DNA of 30,120 nucleotides from a virus: positions 1 to 30,120 of IMG/VR virus record IMGVR_UViG_3300045988_111621; one strand, 5' to 3'. A program made the translations under genes and the position numbers. The notes beneath the pieces are model-generated. The model saw only the letters and a list, made by a program, of their open reading frames with translations. It had not been told where the DNA came from and ran no database searches. Position 1 is the first letter of the stretch. Each line of letters begins with the position of its first letter. Below are positions 1 through 10,463 of the stretch, piece after piece.

Positions 1-1
1 A

Positions 2-217
2 GTTGGTCTTTTAATTGCATCTTCAATTGTTGCAGGTTTTAGAGTAAATGAAGTCTATCAGGAAAGACAACATAAAATATTTGAATTAAGATTAGAAAGA
101 GCAGAATTAAAACATAAATTAGATTCAGTAATGTGGGTTAATCCAGCAAGTGAAGAAGTATCTAATTTATATGAAGAATATTGTGATTTAACACTTAAAA
201 TTAATAATATAAAATAA
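2..217 (+). CDS. 3' part of a CDS running off the left edge. Small membrane-anchored, coiled-coil-like protein of unknown function
   Basis: Open frame from the window edge to TAA 215-217. Translation starts VGLLIASSIVAGF (hydrophobic helix), then ERQHKIFELRLERAELKHKL. No start codon lies inside the window. Confidence 0.45.
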   Translation, partial: VGLLIASSIVAGFRVNEVYQERQHKIFELRLERAELKHKLDSVMWVNPASEEVSNLYEEYCDLTLKINNIK

Positions 218-417
218 CAGATATAAGAAGTTTAGTCTTTACAAAGAATCTATTTAAAGAGAAATTTAATATAGATATAGAATGATGTAAAGACGATTAT
301 TCCAGATATGATGGAACATTTAATTGGAATGGAATTGATTATATAATTGAAGTTAAAAGGAGGAGATTTAATTCTAATAAATACCCAACCACTATTATTA
401 ATAGGGATAAATTTGAT

Positions 418-645
418 ATGCTATCAAGAAATAATTCTATATTAGTAATAATATTTGATGATGGAGTATATATATTTAAAGATATAAAACAAGCCTTTAT
501 AAAGGATTCTATGAAATATGGTTGTTCTACAACAGATTTTGGAGGAACTTATGGCTATTCATTAAAAACAGAGTTGTCTTTAAAGAAAGCCATTAAGATA
601 GATGTAAATACAGAATTTAGTAACTATATAGCAAATGACGAATAA
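418..645 (+). CDS. Hypothetical protein, tentatively PD-(D/E)XK nuclease fold. The true start is probably upstream of the first ATG
   Basis: ORF track 418-645. The same frame is open back to 208 (TAA at 205-207) with one in-frame TGA at 283-285. That upstream part encodes ...YDGTFNWNGIDYIIEVKRRRF..., a D...E-x-K-like motif. There is no in-frame ATG between 208 and 418, so the start is unresolved. Confidence 0.45.
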   Translation: MLSRNNSILVIIFDDGVYIFKDIKQAFIKDSMKYGCSTTDFGGTYGYSLKTELSLKKAIKIDVNTEFSNYIANDE

Positions 646-943
646 CGAGATTATTACCAAATACTATGACTTCTGCCAAGAGTTAAAACTTAAATTTGGA
701 ATGGATGATGATTGTTTCCAGATGTGTATACTAGACCTTCTGGAAACATCAAATCCAAAATTAAATCAGCTTGATAGCAAAAATGAATTGAAATTTTGGA
801 TTACAAGATTATTTAAGAATTATTGGTTTAGTAAAACAAGTAGATATTACTATACCTATAAGAAATATTATGAGATTGTTAAAGAACCACTTGAACAACA
901 AAATGACGAATTGGAGGATTGATTAAATGAAACGGAAGATTAA
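635..943 (+). CDS. Small protein resembling sigma-70 region 2 (tentative phage transcription factor)
   Basis: ORF 635-922 continues through TGA 920-922 to TAA 941-943. The segment ELKFWITRLFKNYWFSKTSR resembles region 2 of ECF/sigma-70 proteins by eye only. Confidence 0.4.
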
Positions 944-1172
944 TATTGACGATTTACTTACTGAGTATGAAATAGACTATAGTATGTTTACAAATATGGA
1001 TGATAGACTATTAAGTATATATCCAAAATGACTTGAGCTTAATAAGGCAGATAAGACAGTAATCATATTATATGCTGAATATCACAGTTATAGAGAAGTG
1101 GGAAGAATATTAGGAATTAGTCATACCACAATTCAAAGATTTATTAAACAAATAAGAGAGAGATTATGTTAG
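927..1172 (+). CDS. Helix-turn-helix protein resembling sigma-70 region 4 / LuxR-type DNA-binding domain
   Basis: ATG 927 is preceded by an in-frame TAA at 924-926. One in-frame TGA at 1029-1031, stop TAG 1170-1172. Translation ...LYAEYHSYREVGRILGISHTTIQRFIKQIRERLC is a typical region-4 HTH. It overlaps the previous ORF by 17 nt. Confidence 0.5.
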
Positions 1173-1495
1173 AATTATTTATAATAGCAGTAATAATAGT
1201 CTTTATAATTGATTTATCTGGGGCTTTGGATAGTTTTAAACATAGTATTTGAAAAAGACTATTTAAAGGTATGCCTTATAAAGAAGATTGAAGACTAAAA
1301 CCTTTAGATTGCAGTTTATGTATGACTTGGTGAATTGGATTAATATATATTCTTATTACAAGTCAATTTTCAATTTTAATGGTTGGATATATTGCACTAT
1401 TAGCATTTATGACTCCAATTATTAAAGATATTATGATATTATTAAAAGATGCATCTACTAAGCTGATAGATGTTATATACAAACTTATTGATTAA
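1166..1495 (+). CDS. Small integral membrane protein, unknown function
   Basis: ATG 1166 to TAA 1493-1495 with four in-frame TGA codons. Translation MLELFIIAVIIVFIIDLSG...DCSLCMTWWIGLIYILITSQFSILMVGYIALLAF has 2-3 hydrophobic helices. It is invisible in the standard-code track. Confidence 0.55.
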
Positions 1496-1584
1496 AAATT
1501 ATATTTTATGGAAACAGAAGTTATTTATCACTACAAGAATGGAAAGTTAATTTCTATATTTACTTATACTAAAAAGCGCTAATT

Positions 1585-1920
1585 ATGAAACAATTAACAG
1601 AAGAGCAGTTTAAATATTTAAGAGGATTTGAAGATAGATTTGTAACTGCAACTAAGTCTAATTATTGCAGAAATGTACAAAAGCAGGATGTAATTAAGCT
1701 TAAAGAGATTTATGAATGTTTAATTGAACAAGAATATAGAATGAGCGTAGCTTGTGCTACTTGTATACTTAATCTTATAAAGAGGATTGCCCCAATCTAT
1801 TTTGAATATCAAGAAAAACTAAAGGAAAATGAAAGTAAAGAATCAGGAACTTCCGAAGAAAACAGGGAGGCCAAGAAAGGAAGAGGTAAAAGAGAATCAA
1901 ATAGACGAACAAAAAACTAA
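1585..1920 (+). CDS. Hypothetical protein
   Basis: ORF track, 111 aa, no TGA. The Lys/Arg/Glu-rich C-terminal 30 aa overlap the next ORF by 92 nt. Confidence 0.5.
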   Translation: MKQLTEEQFKYLRGFEDRFVTATKSNYCRNVQKQDVIKLKEIYECLIEQEYRMSVACATCILNLIKRIAPIYFEYQEKLKENESKESGTSEENREAKKGRGKRESNRRTKN

Positions 1921-2281
1921 ATATCTTTATGCAGCAAGATTATTTAATAAAGGGTGGTCCAGAAATAAAGTAAGTGAGGAACTTCAAACTAAATATGGAG
2001 TTGGACAAACTACTGCTGCTAAATATATTAGGGAAGCTTATAAGATTATTGCAGATAAAAATGATAATCTTATAAAGAATTTAAGACATATACAATTAAC
2101 AAGATTGGAAACATTATTGGATATTGCTATTAGTAAAAATGATGTAAGATCTGCTACTGAGGTTATTAAAACAATAAATTCTATGTTTGGATTAAATCAA
2201 CCAGAAATTCAAGTTAATATTCAAAATAATGAATGCCAATTTAAATTTGGAGATCCCATTATAAATGACAAGGATATATAA
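1829..2281 (+). CDS. terS: Terminase small subunit candidate (HTH DNA-binding)
   Basis: It sits immediately upstream of terL and overlaps it by 17 nt. It has an AT-hook-like GRPRK and an HTH-like GWSRNKVSEELQTKYGVGQTTAAKYIREAY. The call rests on position plus motif only. Confidence 0.5.
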   Translation: MKVKNQELPKKTGRPRKEEVKENQIDEQKTKYLYAARLFNKGWSRNKVSEELQTKYGVGQTTAAKYIREAYKIIADKNDNLIKNLRHIQLTRLETLLDIAISKNDVRSATEVIKTINSMFGLNQPEIQVNIQNNECQFKFGDPIINDKDI

Positions 2282-3512
2282 AGGATATAGGCCATTTATG
2301 TACCAATATAAGGTTCATATAGCTATGGCAGATGCTTATAGATCTGGAAGGATATTTACAATTAAAGCTAAACGACAAGTAGGTAAATCTTTCTTAGCTG
2401 AAAATGAATTATTACGATTTGCAATTAACTATCCAAAAACAGTCAATTGTATAGTAGAACCTACTCTTGGACAATCAAGAAAAGTGTTTAAAGAAATAGT
2501 TAATGCTATAGCTGAAGCAGATATTCTTAAACGTAAGAATGAAACTTTGCTTGAATTAGAGTTTAATAATGGCAGTTCTATATTATTTAGATCTGGAGAA
2601 CAAATGGATTCGTTACGAGGATTCTCTGTAAGTGGATTACTTGTATTAGATGAAGCTGCTTACTTAAAAGATGAAGTATTTGAAATTATTAAACCTACTA
2701 CTGATGTGTGGTCTGCTCCAATATTAATTATTAGTACTCCAAGGTTCCGAGAGGGTTTCTTTTATGACTGCTTTACTAAAGGGTTAGATCCGAAATATGA
2801 CAAGTTCTATAAATCATTTGATTGAGCTTTAGAAGATACATCTATGCTTTTAGATAAAGAGAAGTTAGAGATGTATCGACTTACAACCTCAAAAAATAAA
2901 TTTAGAACCGAATATTTAGGGGAATTTGCAGATGATGATGGATGTTTATTTAATAATATAGCTAATTGCATAATTGAGAAAAAACCAGATTATCAGAGTC
3001 TTTATATAGGAATAGACTGGGCTACTGGGAGTGGTAAAGACTATACTTGTGTTACTGCTTTAAATGAATCTGGGCAAATGGTCTTTATAAAGTATTTTAA
3101 CGATAAAACTCCAACAGAGCAAGTTGATTTATTAACAAATATACTAACTGAGTATCAAGGATTTATAAAGATTGTACAAGTTGAACAAAACTCAATTGGT
3201 AGTGTCTTCTATGATATGTTAGTTCAGAAGAATCCGAAAATCAGGATTATACGATTCTTAACTACTAATAAGAGTAAGGCAGATATAGTTAATAAGCTTC
3301 AAGCTGCTTTGGAAAATGAAAAGATAGGATTATTAAAAGATGATAAACTTTTAAATGAGTTAAGACTATATGAAGCTTCATATAATCCAAAAACTGGAAA
3401 TATTAGTTATAATGCTCCATCTGGATTTAATGATGATACAGTAATTTCATTAATGTTAGCCTATGACTCATTAAATACAAACAAAGGACATTATAATATT
3501 AAAATTAAATAG
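2265..3512 (+). CDS. terL: Terminase large subunit
   Basis: Track ORFs 2265-2825 and 2844-3512 share a frame and are separated only by TGA 2823-2825. Walker A KAKRQVGKS, Walker B LLVLDEAAY, coupling motif ISTP. A nuclease-like half follows (YIGIDWATGSGKDY ... FNDDTVISL). Confidence 0.85.
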
Positions 3513-3513
3513 T

Positions 3514-4173
3514 ATGAATGTAGCAACTAAATGGGAAGAAGTATCTTTAAAGAAATTCCAAGCTTTAAATACATTTATTATGAGTGATGTAAAAATGACA
3601 GATTTAGATAGGAGTATCGAGATCTACTCATTACTTACAGATAACCCAGATGAAGCAAGGGATGCTTTATTAAATATGACCGTAGATCAATTATCTGCAG
3701 AACTTAGTAAGATTCATTTTATTGTAAATAAATATAAATCCAAAGTTCCAGAAACTGAGTATGATATTGATGGTAATAAATATACAGTTCAATTAAATCT
3801 CAGAAATATGACTGCTGCTCAGTATATTGATTTTCAGAACTTTTATAAAGATTATGAAAAGAATCAGAAGTATATATTCTTATGCTTTTTAATTCCTAAA
3901 GGAAAGAAGTATAATGAGGGTTATGATGTAATGGAATTGGCAGATGAATTATATGATAAAATTCCAATTACTATTGTTACAGACATTATGGTTTTTTTTT
4001 GCAAATTATTAGAGAGCTTAACCATAGCTACCCTAATCTCTTCAATGCGGGAGATGAAGAAATTGATGAAAAAGGAGAAAGATCCAGTAAAGAAACATCA
4101 ATTACGGAAGAGGATAGTTCAAGCGAGACAAACTCTGAATTTAGTCAAAAATGGAACTGGATTTGTTGAATAG
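3514..4173 (+). CDS. Tail assembly chaperone-like protein, frame-0 product
   Basis: ORF track, 219 aa. It contains a T9 run at 3992-4000. See the frameshift product below. Confidence 0.5.
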   Translation: MNVATKWEEVSLKKFQALNTFIMSDVKMTDLDRSIEIYSLLTDNPDEARDALLNMTVDQLSAELSKIHFIVNKYKSKVPETEYDIDGNKYTVQLNLRNMTAAQYIDFQNFYKDYEKNQKYIFLCFLIPKGKKYNEGYDVMELADELYDKIPITIVTDIMVFFCKLLESLTIATLISSMREMKKLMKKEKDPVKKHQLRKRIVQARQTLNLVKNGTGFVE

Positions 4174-4316
4174 ACAGAGTTAGTGAAGTAACAAGGTTAA
4201 ACTGGCATCAAGTATACGATATGCAAATTCAAGAGTTCTTGAATATTATTTGCTACTTACTTGATAAAGGAAAAGAAGAAAAAAGACAAATAGATCTTTG
4301 AAAAGCTAAACACTAA
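3514..4316 (+). CDS. Putative -1 frameshift (G/GT-like) extended product of the chaperone-like gene
   Basis: The -1 frame is open from the T9 run (G GTT TTT TTT TGC, 3991-4002) to TAA 4314-4316, with two TGA=W. It encodes an acidic Ser/Glu linker, then SEFSQKWNWICWIDRVSEVTRLNWHQVYDMQIQEFLNIICYLLDKGKEEKRQIDLWKAKH. Hand translated. Confidence 0.45.
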
Positions 4317-4349
4317 AATGTCTATTTTTATTTATTTTAACTACTAAAA

Positions 4350-4368
4350 GTGAGTAAAAAGTAGACAC
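4350..4368 (+). promoter_or_regulatory. Phage-specific conserved motif, copy A (GTGAGTAAAAAGTAGACAC), followed by a hairpin
   Basis: One of six copies of (G/T)TGAGTAAAA-N1-4-T(T/A)GACA; in copy B the T(T/A) position reads CT. Hairpin AAATAGGGAG-TAAAT-CTCCCTATTT at 4371-4395, then GTGTTT. The ATG of the next gene is at 4438. Confidence 0.5.
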
Positions 4369-4437
4369 TTAAATAGGGAGTAAATCTCCCTATTTGTGTT
4401 TAGATACTCAATATGAGAATGATATATTTTAGTAAAA

Positions 4438-4917
4438 ATGGCAAATCAAGTTTTGGATTTTCCCAATTTAGAAGCTGTCTTAAAACAATATGGAGAACAA
4501 TTACTTTCTATATATAGGCAGAAATTACTACAAACTAGTTCAGATGATACAGGAACTCTTGGTAATACACTTAATTATATAGTTGAAGATCAAGATGAAG
4601 TATATGAAGTTAGTTTGCAAATACAAGATTATTGGAAGTATGTTGAGGATGGCAGAAATGCAGGAAAGTTTCCTCCTATTAGTGATATAAAAAGATGGAT
4701 ACAAACTAAACCTGTATTACCTCGTATATATAACGGATCACTTCCAACTATTGATCAATTAGTATATTTAATAGCAAGAAAGATTTCTAGAAGAGGAATT
4801 GAAGGCAAGCATCTATTAGAGGAATCATTAACTGAATTAGATGCTTATATGTTATTAGATGATGCAATTACAAAAGATTTAGAAACACAAGTTGATAATG
4901 TATTTAAAAACTTTTAA
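4438..4917 (+). CDS. HK97 gp10-like head-tail / tail-completion protein (tentative)
   Basis: ORF track, 159 aa, no TGA. TGTLGNTL and YWKYVEDGRNAGKFPP resemble the gp10-family pattern by eye. Confidence 0.5.
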   Translation: MANQVLDFPNLEAVLKQYGEQLLSIYRQKLLQTSSDDTGTLGNTLNYIVEDQDEVYEVSLQIQDYWKYVEDGRNAGKFPPISDIKRWIQTKPVLPRIYNGSLPTIDQLVYLIARKISRRGIEGKHLLEESLTELDAYMLLDDAITKDLETQVDNVFKNF

Positions 4918-4919
4918 AA

Positions 4920-7100
4920 ATGGCATTTATACCAAGTAAATTAGGAGTATATAACGCATCAAGGAGTTTTCCTGTTAAATGAAATAATCCTGGATGAGGA
5001 ATTACTGGAGAATATGATTATTGGACTTGGGGAGATGATTATACTGAAGAGGGGCCTTTAGAAGTAACTATACAAGATCCAAGTACTTCTGGATGTACAA
5101 TACAATTTTTATCTCCTACAACAATAACTACTGATTCTTCTACTGTATTTCATTTTTATCCTAGAGGTCTTACTACTGCTTTATTAGGGGAAGATTTACC
5201 AATTAATTTACATAGTAAAGCTCCTGGATATTATCCTGCTAATGGCACCATTAAAGTACCAAATACTGGTGGAGAATATACAGTAGAGTATATATTAAAT
5301 AGATCAGATATTATTAAATGAGATGCAGCAGTTGTTAATGCTACAGCTTTAGTTAATATGGAAGTTCTGGATTGAGATTCTTGCTCTATTAAGTTTAAAG
5401 TTACAGTAAGAGCTAATACTCAATGAAATACTGATTTAACTGCAACTATCCAATTAGGAGCTTATTATGATACTAATAAACTTATTAGTTATAGTTATGG
5501 CTTTAAGATTGAAAAGAGTAATACTCCTGAAGATTTAAAGTTAGTAGTAACTCCTTCTTCTGGAACTTATGGAGCAGCAGCTTTTGTTACTGAAGAATTC
5601 CATTTAAGTACGACTAAAGCAGAAGAAACTATTACATCATTTAATGTTACCTGTCCTCAAGCTAGTAATATTAAAAAGGATATTGTTGATAACTATTTTG
5701 TATTAACTGTTCCAGAGAATAAAACTACTAATAATTTGGAGTTTAGTGCAATGGTTACTGCAACAACTTCTGGGGGTTATAACCTTGAAGCTACAGTTCC
5801 AATTAAACAAGCTGCAACGTATTTAGTGATTCCTAATACTAATTATGAAGTAAGTTGGACTGCATCTACATTAAATATTATGGGAACAGGTTCTAATAAC
5901 TTAGATGATGTTGTATTTAGCATTCCTGTAGGTTGGATTAGTGGACAGAAGTTATCTGTAAATTCTCAAGGTGTAGCAACTATTAGCTTAAATATTGCAG
6001 AAAATTCAGGTTTATCTTCTAGACAAGCAACTATTGGAGTATCTGTTATAAAGAATAGTTCAAGTATTATTAATTTATCTATTAATATTACACAATCTGT
6101 TAAATCTGATATATCTCCTATTTGGAAAGATTATGTTTGGAATGAGATAATCAGTTCAGATTTTATTGAATATCATCTAGATTATGCAGGAGATATGGTT
6201 TATGCTGGCAAGGCTTATAAATATCCAGAAACTGATAGAGTAGAGTTTCTATTAAATAATGTAGCTGAGAATTATCTATCTAATGGTATTATATTTAATA
6301 CTTCTAAAACTATAATATCTCCAGAATATTTGAAACCATTTACTTTGATAACATCTAGTGGAAATGAAAAACCAATTACTTTCTTCAATGACTGGAGTTA
6401 TAAAGATAGAGATCTAACTAAAGGCACTATGTTAAGTGATCCTATTACTGGTTTAGTTGATCCAAGGCAGTATTTAGTATCAAGTTGAATTCTACCAACT
6501 GGAACTGGAGTTATTAATAGATTCTTTTATATAGATGGAGTACAATCTGCTATGGATATTAGTTTAAATTCTGGAATTAATGGATATACATATACAGAAG
6601 ATTTAAGTAATAAATTATGGTCTTGTGGAAGCTATTTAATAGTAGGATTTGTAGAAGGTGGAAATATTAGTGATAGACAGATTAGATATGATATAGATAC
6701 TACAGGTAAAGATTATGTGTTGTATTATACTAATTCAGCAGGTGGATGAGATTCATTACTTGTTGAGGGTAATGTTAAAAAGAATGATGAGATTAAATCT
6801 GAAACATATACTCGTAAGGTATTAAATACATCACAAGAGTTTGCAAGAAATAAGTATTTGAATACTATAACTTCAAGCTGGGTTCTTTATACTGGTTATT
6901 TAAATGATATTCAAGCTTCTAAGATGTTTAATCTAATTGAGAGTACCAAAGTATATTTGCATAATCTTAAAGATAATACTATCACTCCAGTATTGATTAC
7001 AGATACAAATTGTGAATATAAAACTTATACTAATCAAGGTAAAAACAAGTTCTATTATACAATTAATGTAGAAGCTTCTCAAGATACTTATCGTAAATAA
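4920..7100 (+). CDS. Large virion (tail/baseplate-associated) protein, 726 aa, with a BACON-like Ig domain
   Basis: ATG 4920. Track ORFs 5736-6488, 6552-6749 and 6858-7100 share the frame. The gaps were hand translated and contain only TGA (e.g. 4980, 4995), no TAA/TAG. The segment VGWISGQKLSVNSQGVATISLNIAENSGLSSRQATIGVSV looks BACON-like. Confidence 0.7.
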
Positions 7101-7102
7101 TT

Positions 7103-10100
7103 ATGAGAAAGAATATAAAACTATTTATTGCAAATAAAGAGGTTGACTGTAGTGAGGGAATTAGTCTTCCTATGACATATACTGTTGAGGATTTCCAAAA
7201 CCCCACTATAGTCAAGAACTCGTTTAGTAAAACGATTTCTATACCTGGCACAAAGAATAATAATAAGATTTTTGGAGAGATTTATAAGTTAGATAGATTT
7301 CTCCATATAAAAGAAGGTAATTTCTCTGGAGTATATTTTGATCCTTCAAAACGAGTTGATTTTGGAATCTATAATAATGACTATTTAGTTGAATCTGGAT
7401 ATATGCAATTAAATAGTATATCTATAAAACAAGCTGTTATTACTTATAATATTACTTTATATGGAGGATTAGGAGATTTCTTCTATGGACTTAAATATAA
7501 AGAAGATGGTACTATTAGGACTCTTGCTGATTTACAATACTTTGTAACTGATGAAGATGGGAATACACTTCCTGCTGATACTGAACTTAATTTTTATATT
7601 AACAAAGATTTTGTAAATACTTGTTTTGACTGAAGTAAAACGAATGAAGGAAGTCAAATATATGATTATTTGACATTTATTCCAGCATATAATGGTTTAT
7701 ATGAAGATTTTGATAATGAAACTTGTTTAATAAATACTAATGAAAATAGTATATTTCCTACTAGTAAGACAGATTCAGGAGTTACATATACACCTTATAA
7801 TGGGTATGGATTAGCTAAATTAAATAGAGCATATACAGAATGGGAGATGAGAGATCTTAGAAGTTATATGCAAAGGCCAGCTTTAAAATTGAGTAAGTTA
7901 ATTGAAACTATCTGTAGAAAAGAGAATTCTGGATATGATGTAGTATTTGATCCTTCATTTTTTAATTGAAATAATCCGTATTGAAGTAAATCCTTTGTAG
8001 CTTTACCTTTATTATCTAATCTAGTAAGTGACGAAGAAGATGTAACAGAATCTGGCTTTTTAGTAGAAGATAGTAAATATAATTATCAGGTAGGTATAAA
8101 TAAAGGAGAATCTACATCAAGTCCTTTAAAATTATCCATTGCATCACCTGATATTGTTTACGATTCTGGAATAATTGATTTAAGTGAGGCTGGATTTAGA
8201 AAAAGCCTTTCTACAACTTTTTATTTTAAGTTAAAGTTTAATCGAACTGCAGGAAATGTTGGGGATAGATATTTTTTTGGATTTAGAAGGTATTTTAGCT
8301 CCTCTGCTCCTCCTTTTTATTCAGCATATAGAGGATACGCTGATGTTTGGCTAACAATTACTAATGAAGTAGATGATACTATTTATACTTCTGAAATACA
8401 TAGATTTACAAATTCAGGAACCTACTCACATCCTATAGCTAATGGGGTTAATCATTTTGGGTATTTTCAAAATAATGTATTTTATGATACTTCTTCATTA
8501 ACTAATGATTTTGTTATTAATATTACAAATTTTAAAATTCCAATTAATAAAATTAAAATTAAACTTAATGTTGTATGATCTACTGGAAATAGTGTTCGCC
8601 CTACTGGATTATTAAGTGAAGTAATAGAAAGAGGAGAGGATTACCAAGCTATTCCAAAAGGAGATCTTATAGTAGATCTTACTTCTCCCATTGAAATTAC
8701 TACTTCTACAGAGGTACTTCAAAGTAATGCATTATTAACTAAAAAATTATTATTAAAAACAGAACAATCTCCTGCTGATTACTTATTGAGTTATGCAAAA
8801 CTATTTGGGTTATATTTTACAAAAGATATTGATAGTAAAACAATTAGAATATATACTAGAAATAATTTCTTTAAGAATATAATCTCTGATTGGAGCAAGA
8901 GAATAGATTATTCTAAAGATTTCAATGTAAATCCAATATTATTTGATAAGAAGTGATATAGAATGAGTTCTGAAGGTCCAGAAACTTATTTTTATAAAAA
9001 ATACAATAAGGAATATTCTATATTATATGGTCAACAAAGATTAAATACTGGTTATAATTTTAATTCTGAAACAACTGAACTGTATAGTGATAATATATAT
9101 GAAAATATAGTTTCTGCAAGATGGAGAAATAAATATTTTAGAAATTTTTACAATTCTTCTTCCCTTGTAGTTCCTGCATTTATGAATGATAATATTACCT
9201 ATACATTATTTAATAATAGCACTACTGAACTTAAGACTATAGATCAAGAGTTATACGGAGCTAATTTTATAGATCCCTCTAAAACCACAGAATGATATAA
9301 AATCGCAGGTAATGATATATTTGCCAAAAATGTATTTTTCTCAATTGATGGTAATGAGGAATCTTTAGAGGATATCTCTCAATCCCTAGTATTCTTTAAC
9401 GGTAATGTTCCTTTAACTGATGTAAAAGGAAATGAAGTAACATATTGAATTACAGATGATCTTACAGAAATGAACATATTAAATGATCAGGAAATGTGTT
9501 ATATATCTACTAAAAGTGAGAAAGATATTAGGGGGAATAAAATTGCTATAAAGAGAACTGTATTACCTCAATTTACAAGGTATACCGTTTCGTCCTCTAA
9601 TGTTACTGCTTCTTGAGATTTTGGATTACCACAAGAGATTTATATTGATGATATAACTTATAATATCGGAAGTACTATTTATAGTAGATTCTGAAGTGAA
9701 TTTTATAATGATCAATTTGATGTAAATACTAAAAAAGTTACCTGCTTTGTAAGATTAGATGATTTAGATGTTAAGTATGATTTACTTAGACAGTTCTATT
9801 ATTTTGAAGATTCTTACTGGATACTTAATAAGATTGATGCTTATGATATTAATTCAGATTCTACAGTTAGATGTGAATTTATTAAAGTTCAAGATATTAA
9901 TAGTTATTTAGCTGGAGTTCAAAATCTAGGTGAATACATATCATTTGATGATTCAGATCCAGTTGTAGATTATAAAGCTGGGACTAAAAAGATTACAGTT
10001 ACTTCTAATATTCCTTGAGAATTAGGATGGTATAGTCCAAATGAAATTGTAAGTATTACACCTGAATCTGGGCAACCTGGAGAAACAGAATTGACAGTTA

Positions 10101-10462
10101 CATATAATGAGAATACTACATATGACCAAAGGAGTTTCTATTTTAGTCTTTATAAACAAGGAAGTATAAATGGCCCTCAATGTATGTTTACTCAAACTCC
10201 AGACCCAAATAAAGCTATTCTTATTACAGGAAAGCTTCAAACTTCTACTGGAGGTATTCCTTCTGGCGTTAATCAGATTCTAACTGAAAATGATAATTTC
10301 TTAAATGTCACTTATATGAGAGATGATGGAAGTTATAGAATATATGCTCAAAATGGAGTTCAATTTTTATTTAGAGTATCTGACGGACCAACAGGAACAA
10401 TTAAATATACAGAGAATTTAACACTAACAGAAGATACTGTTAAAAACGTAACTATAAACTAA
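7103..10462 (+). CDS. Very large virion (tail tip/baseplate) protein, 1119 aa, with a C-terminal BACON-like domain
   Basis: Track ORFs 7103-7633, 7670-7969, 8963-9295 and 10091-10462 all share one frame. Gaps 7634-7669, 7970-8962 and 9296-10090 were hand translated and contain at least 10 TGA but no TAA/TAG. C-terminal KITVTSNIPWELGWYSPNEIVSITPESGQPGETELTVTYNENTTYDQRSFYFSL matches the BACON pattern. Confidence 0.7.
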
Positions 10463-10463
10463 T

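Noticed and set aside
1508-1582. 24-codon ORF (METEVIYHYKNGKLISIFTYTKKR) between the membrane protein gene and ORF 1585
   Set aside because: It is too short to support from sequence alone, though it fits the tight gene packing (stop 1580-1582, next ATG 1585). Left unannotated.
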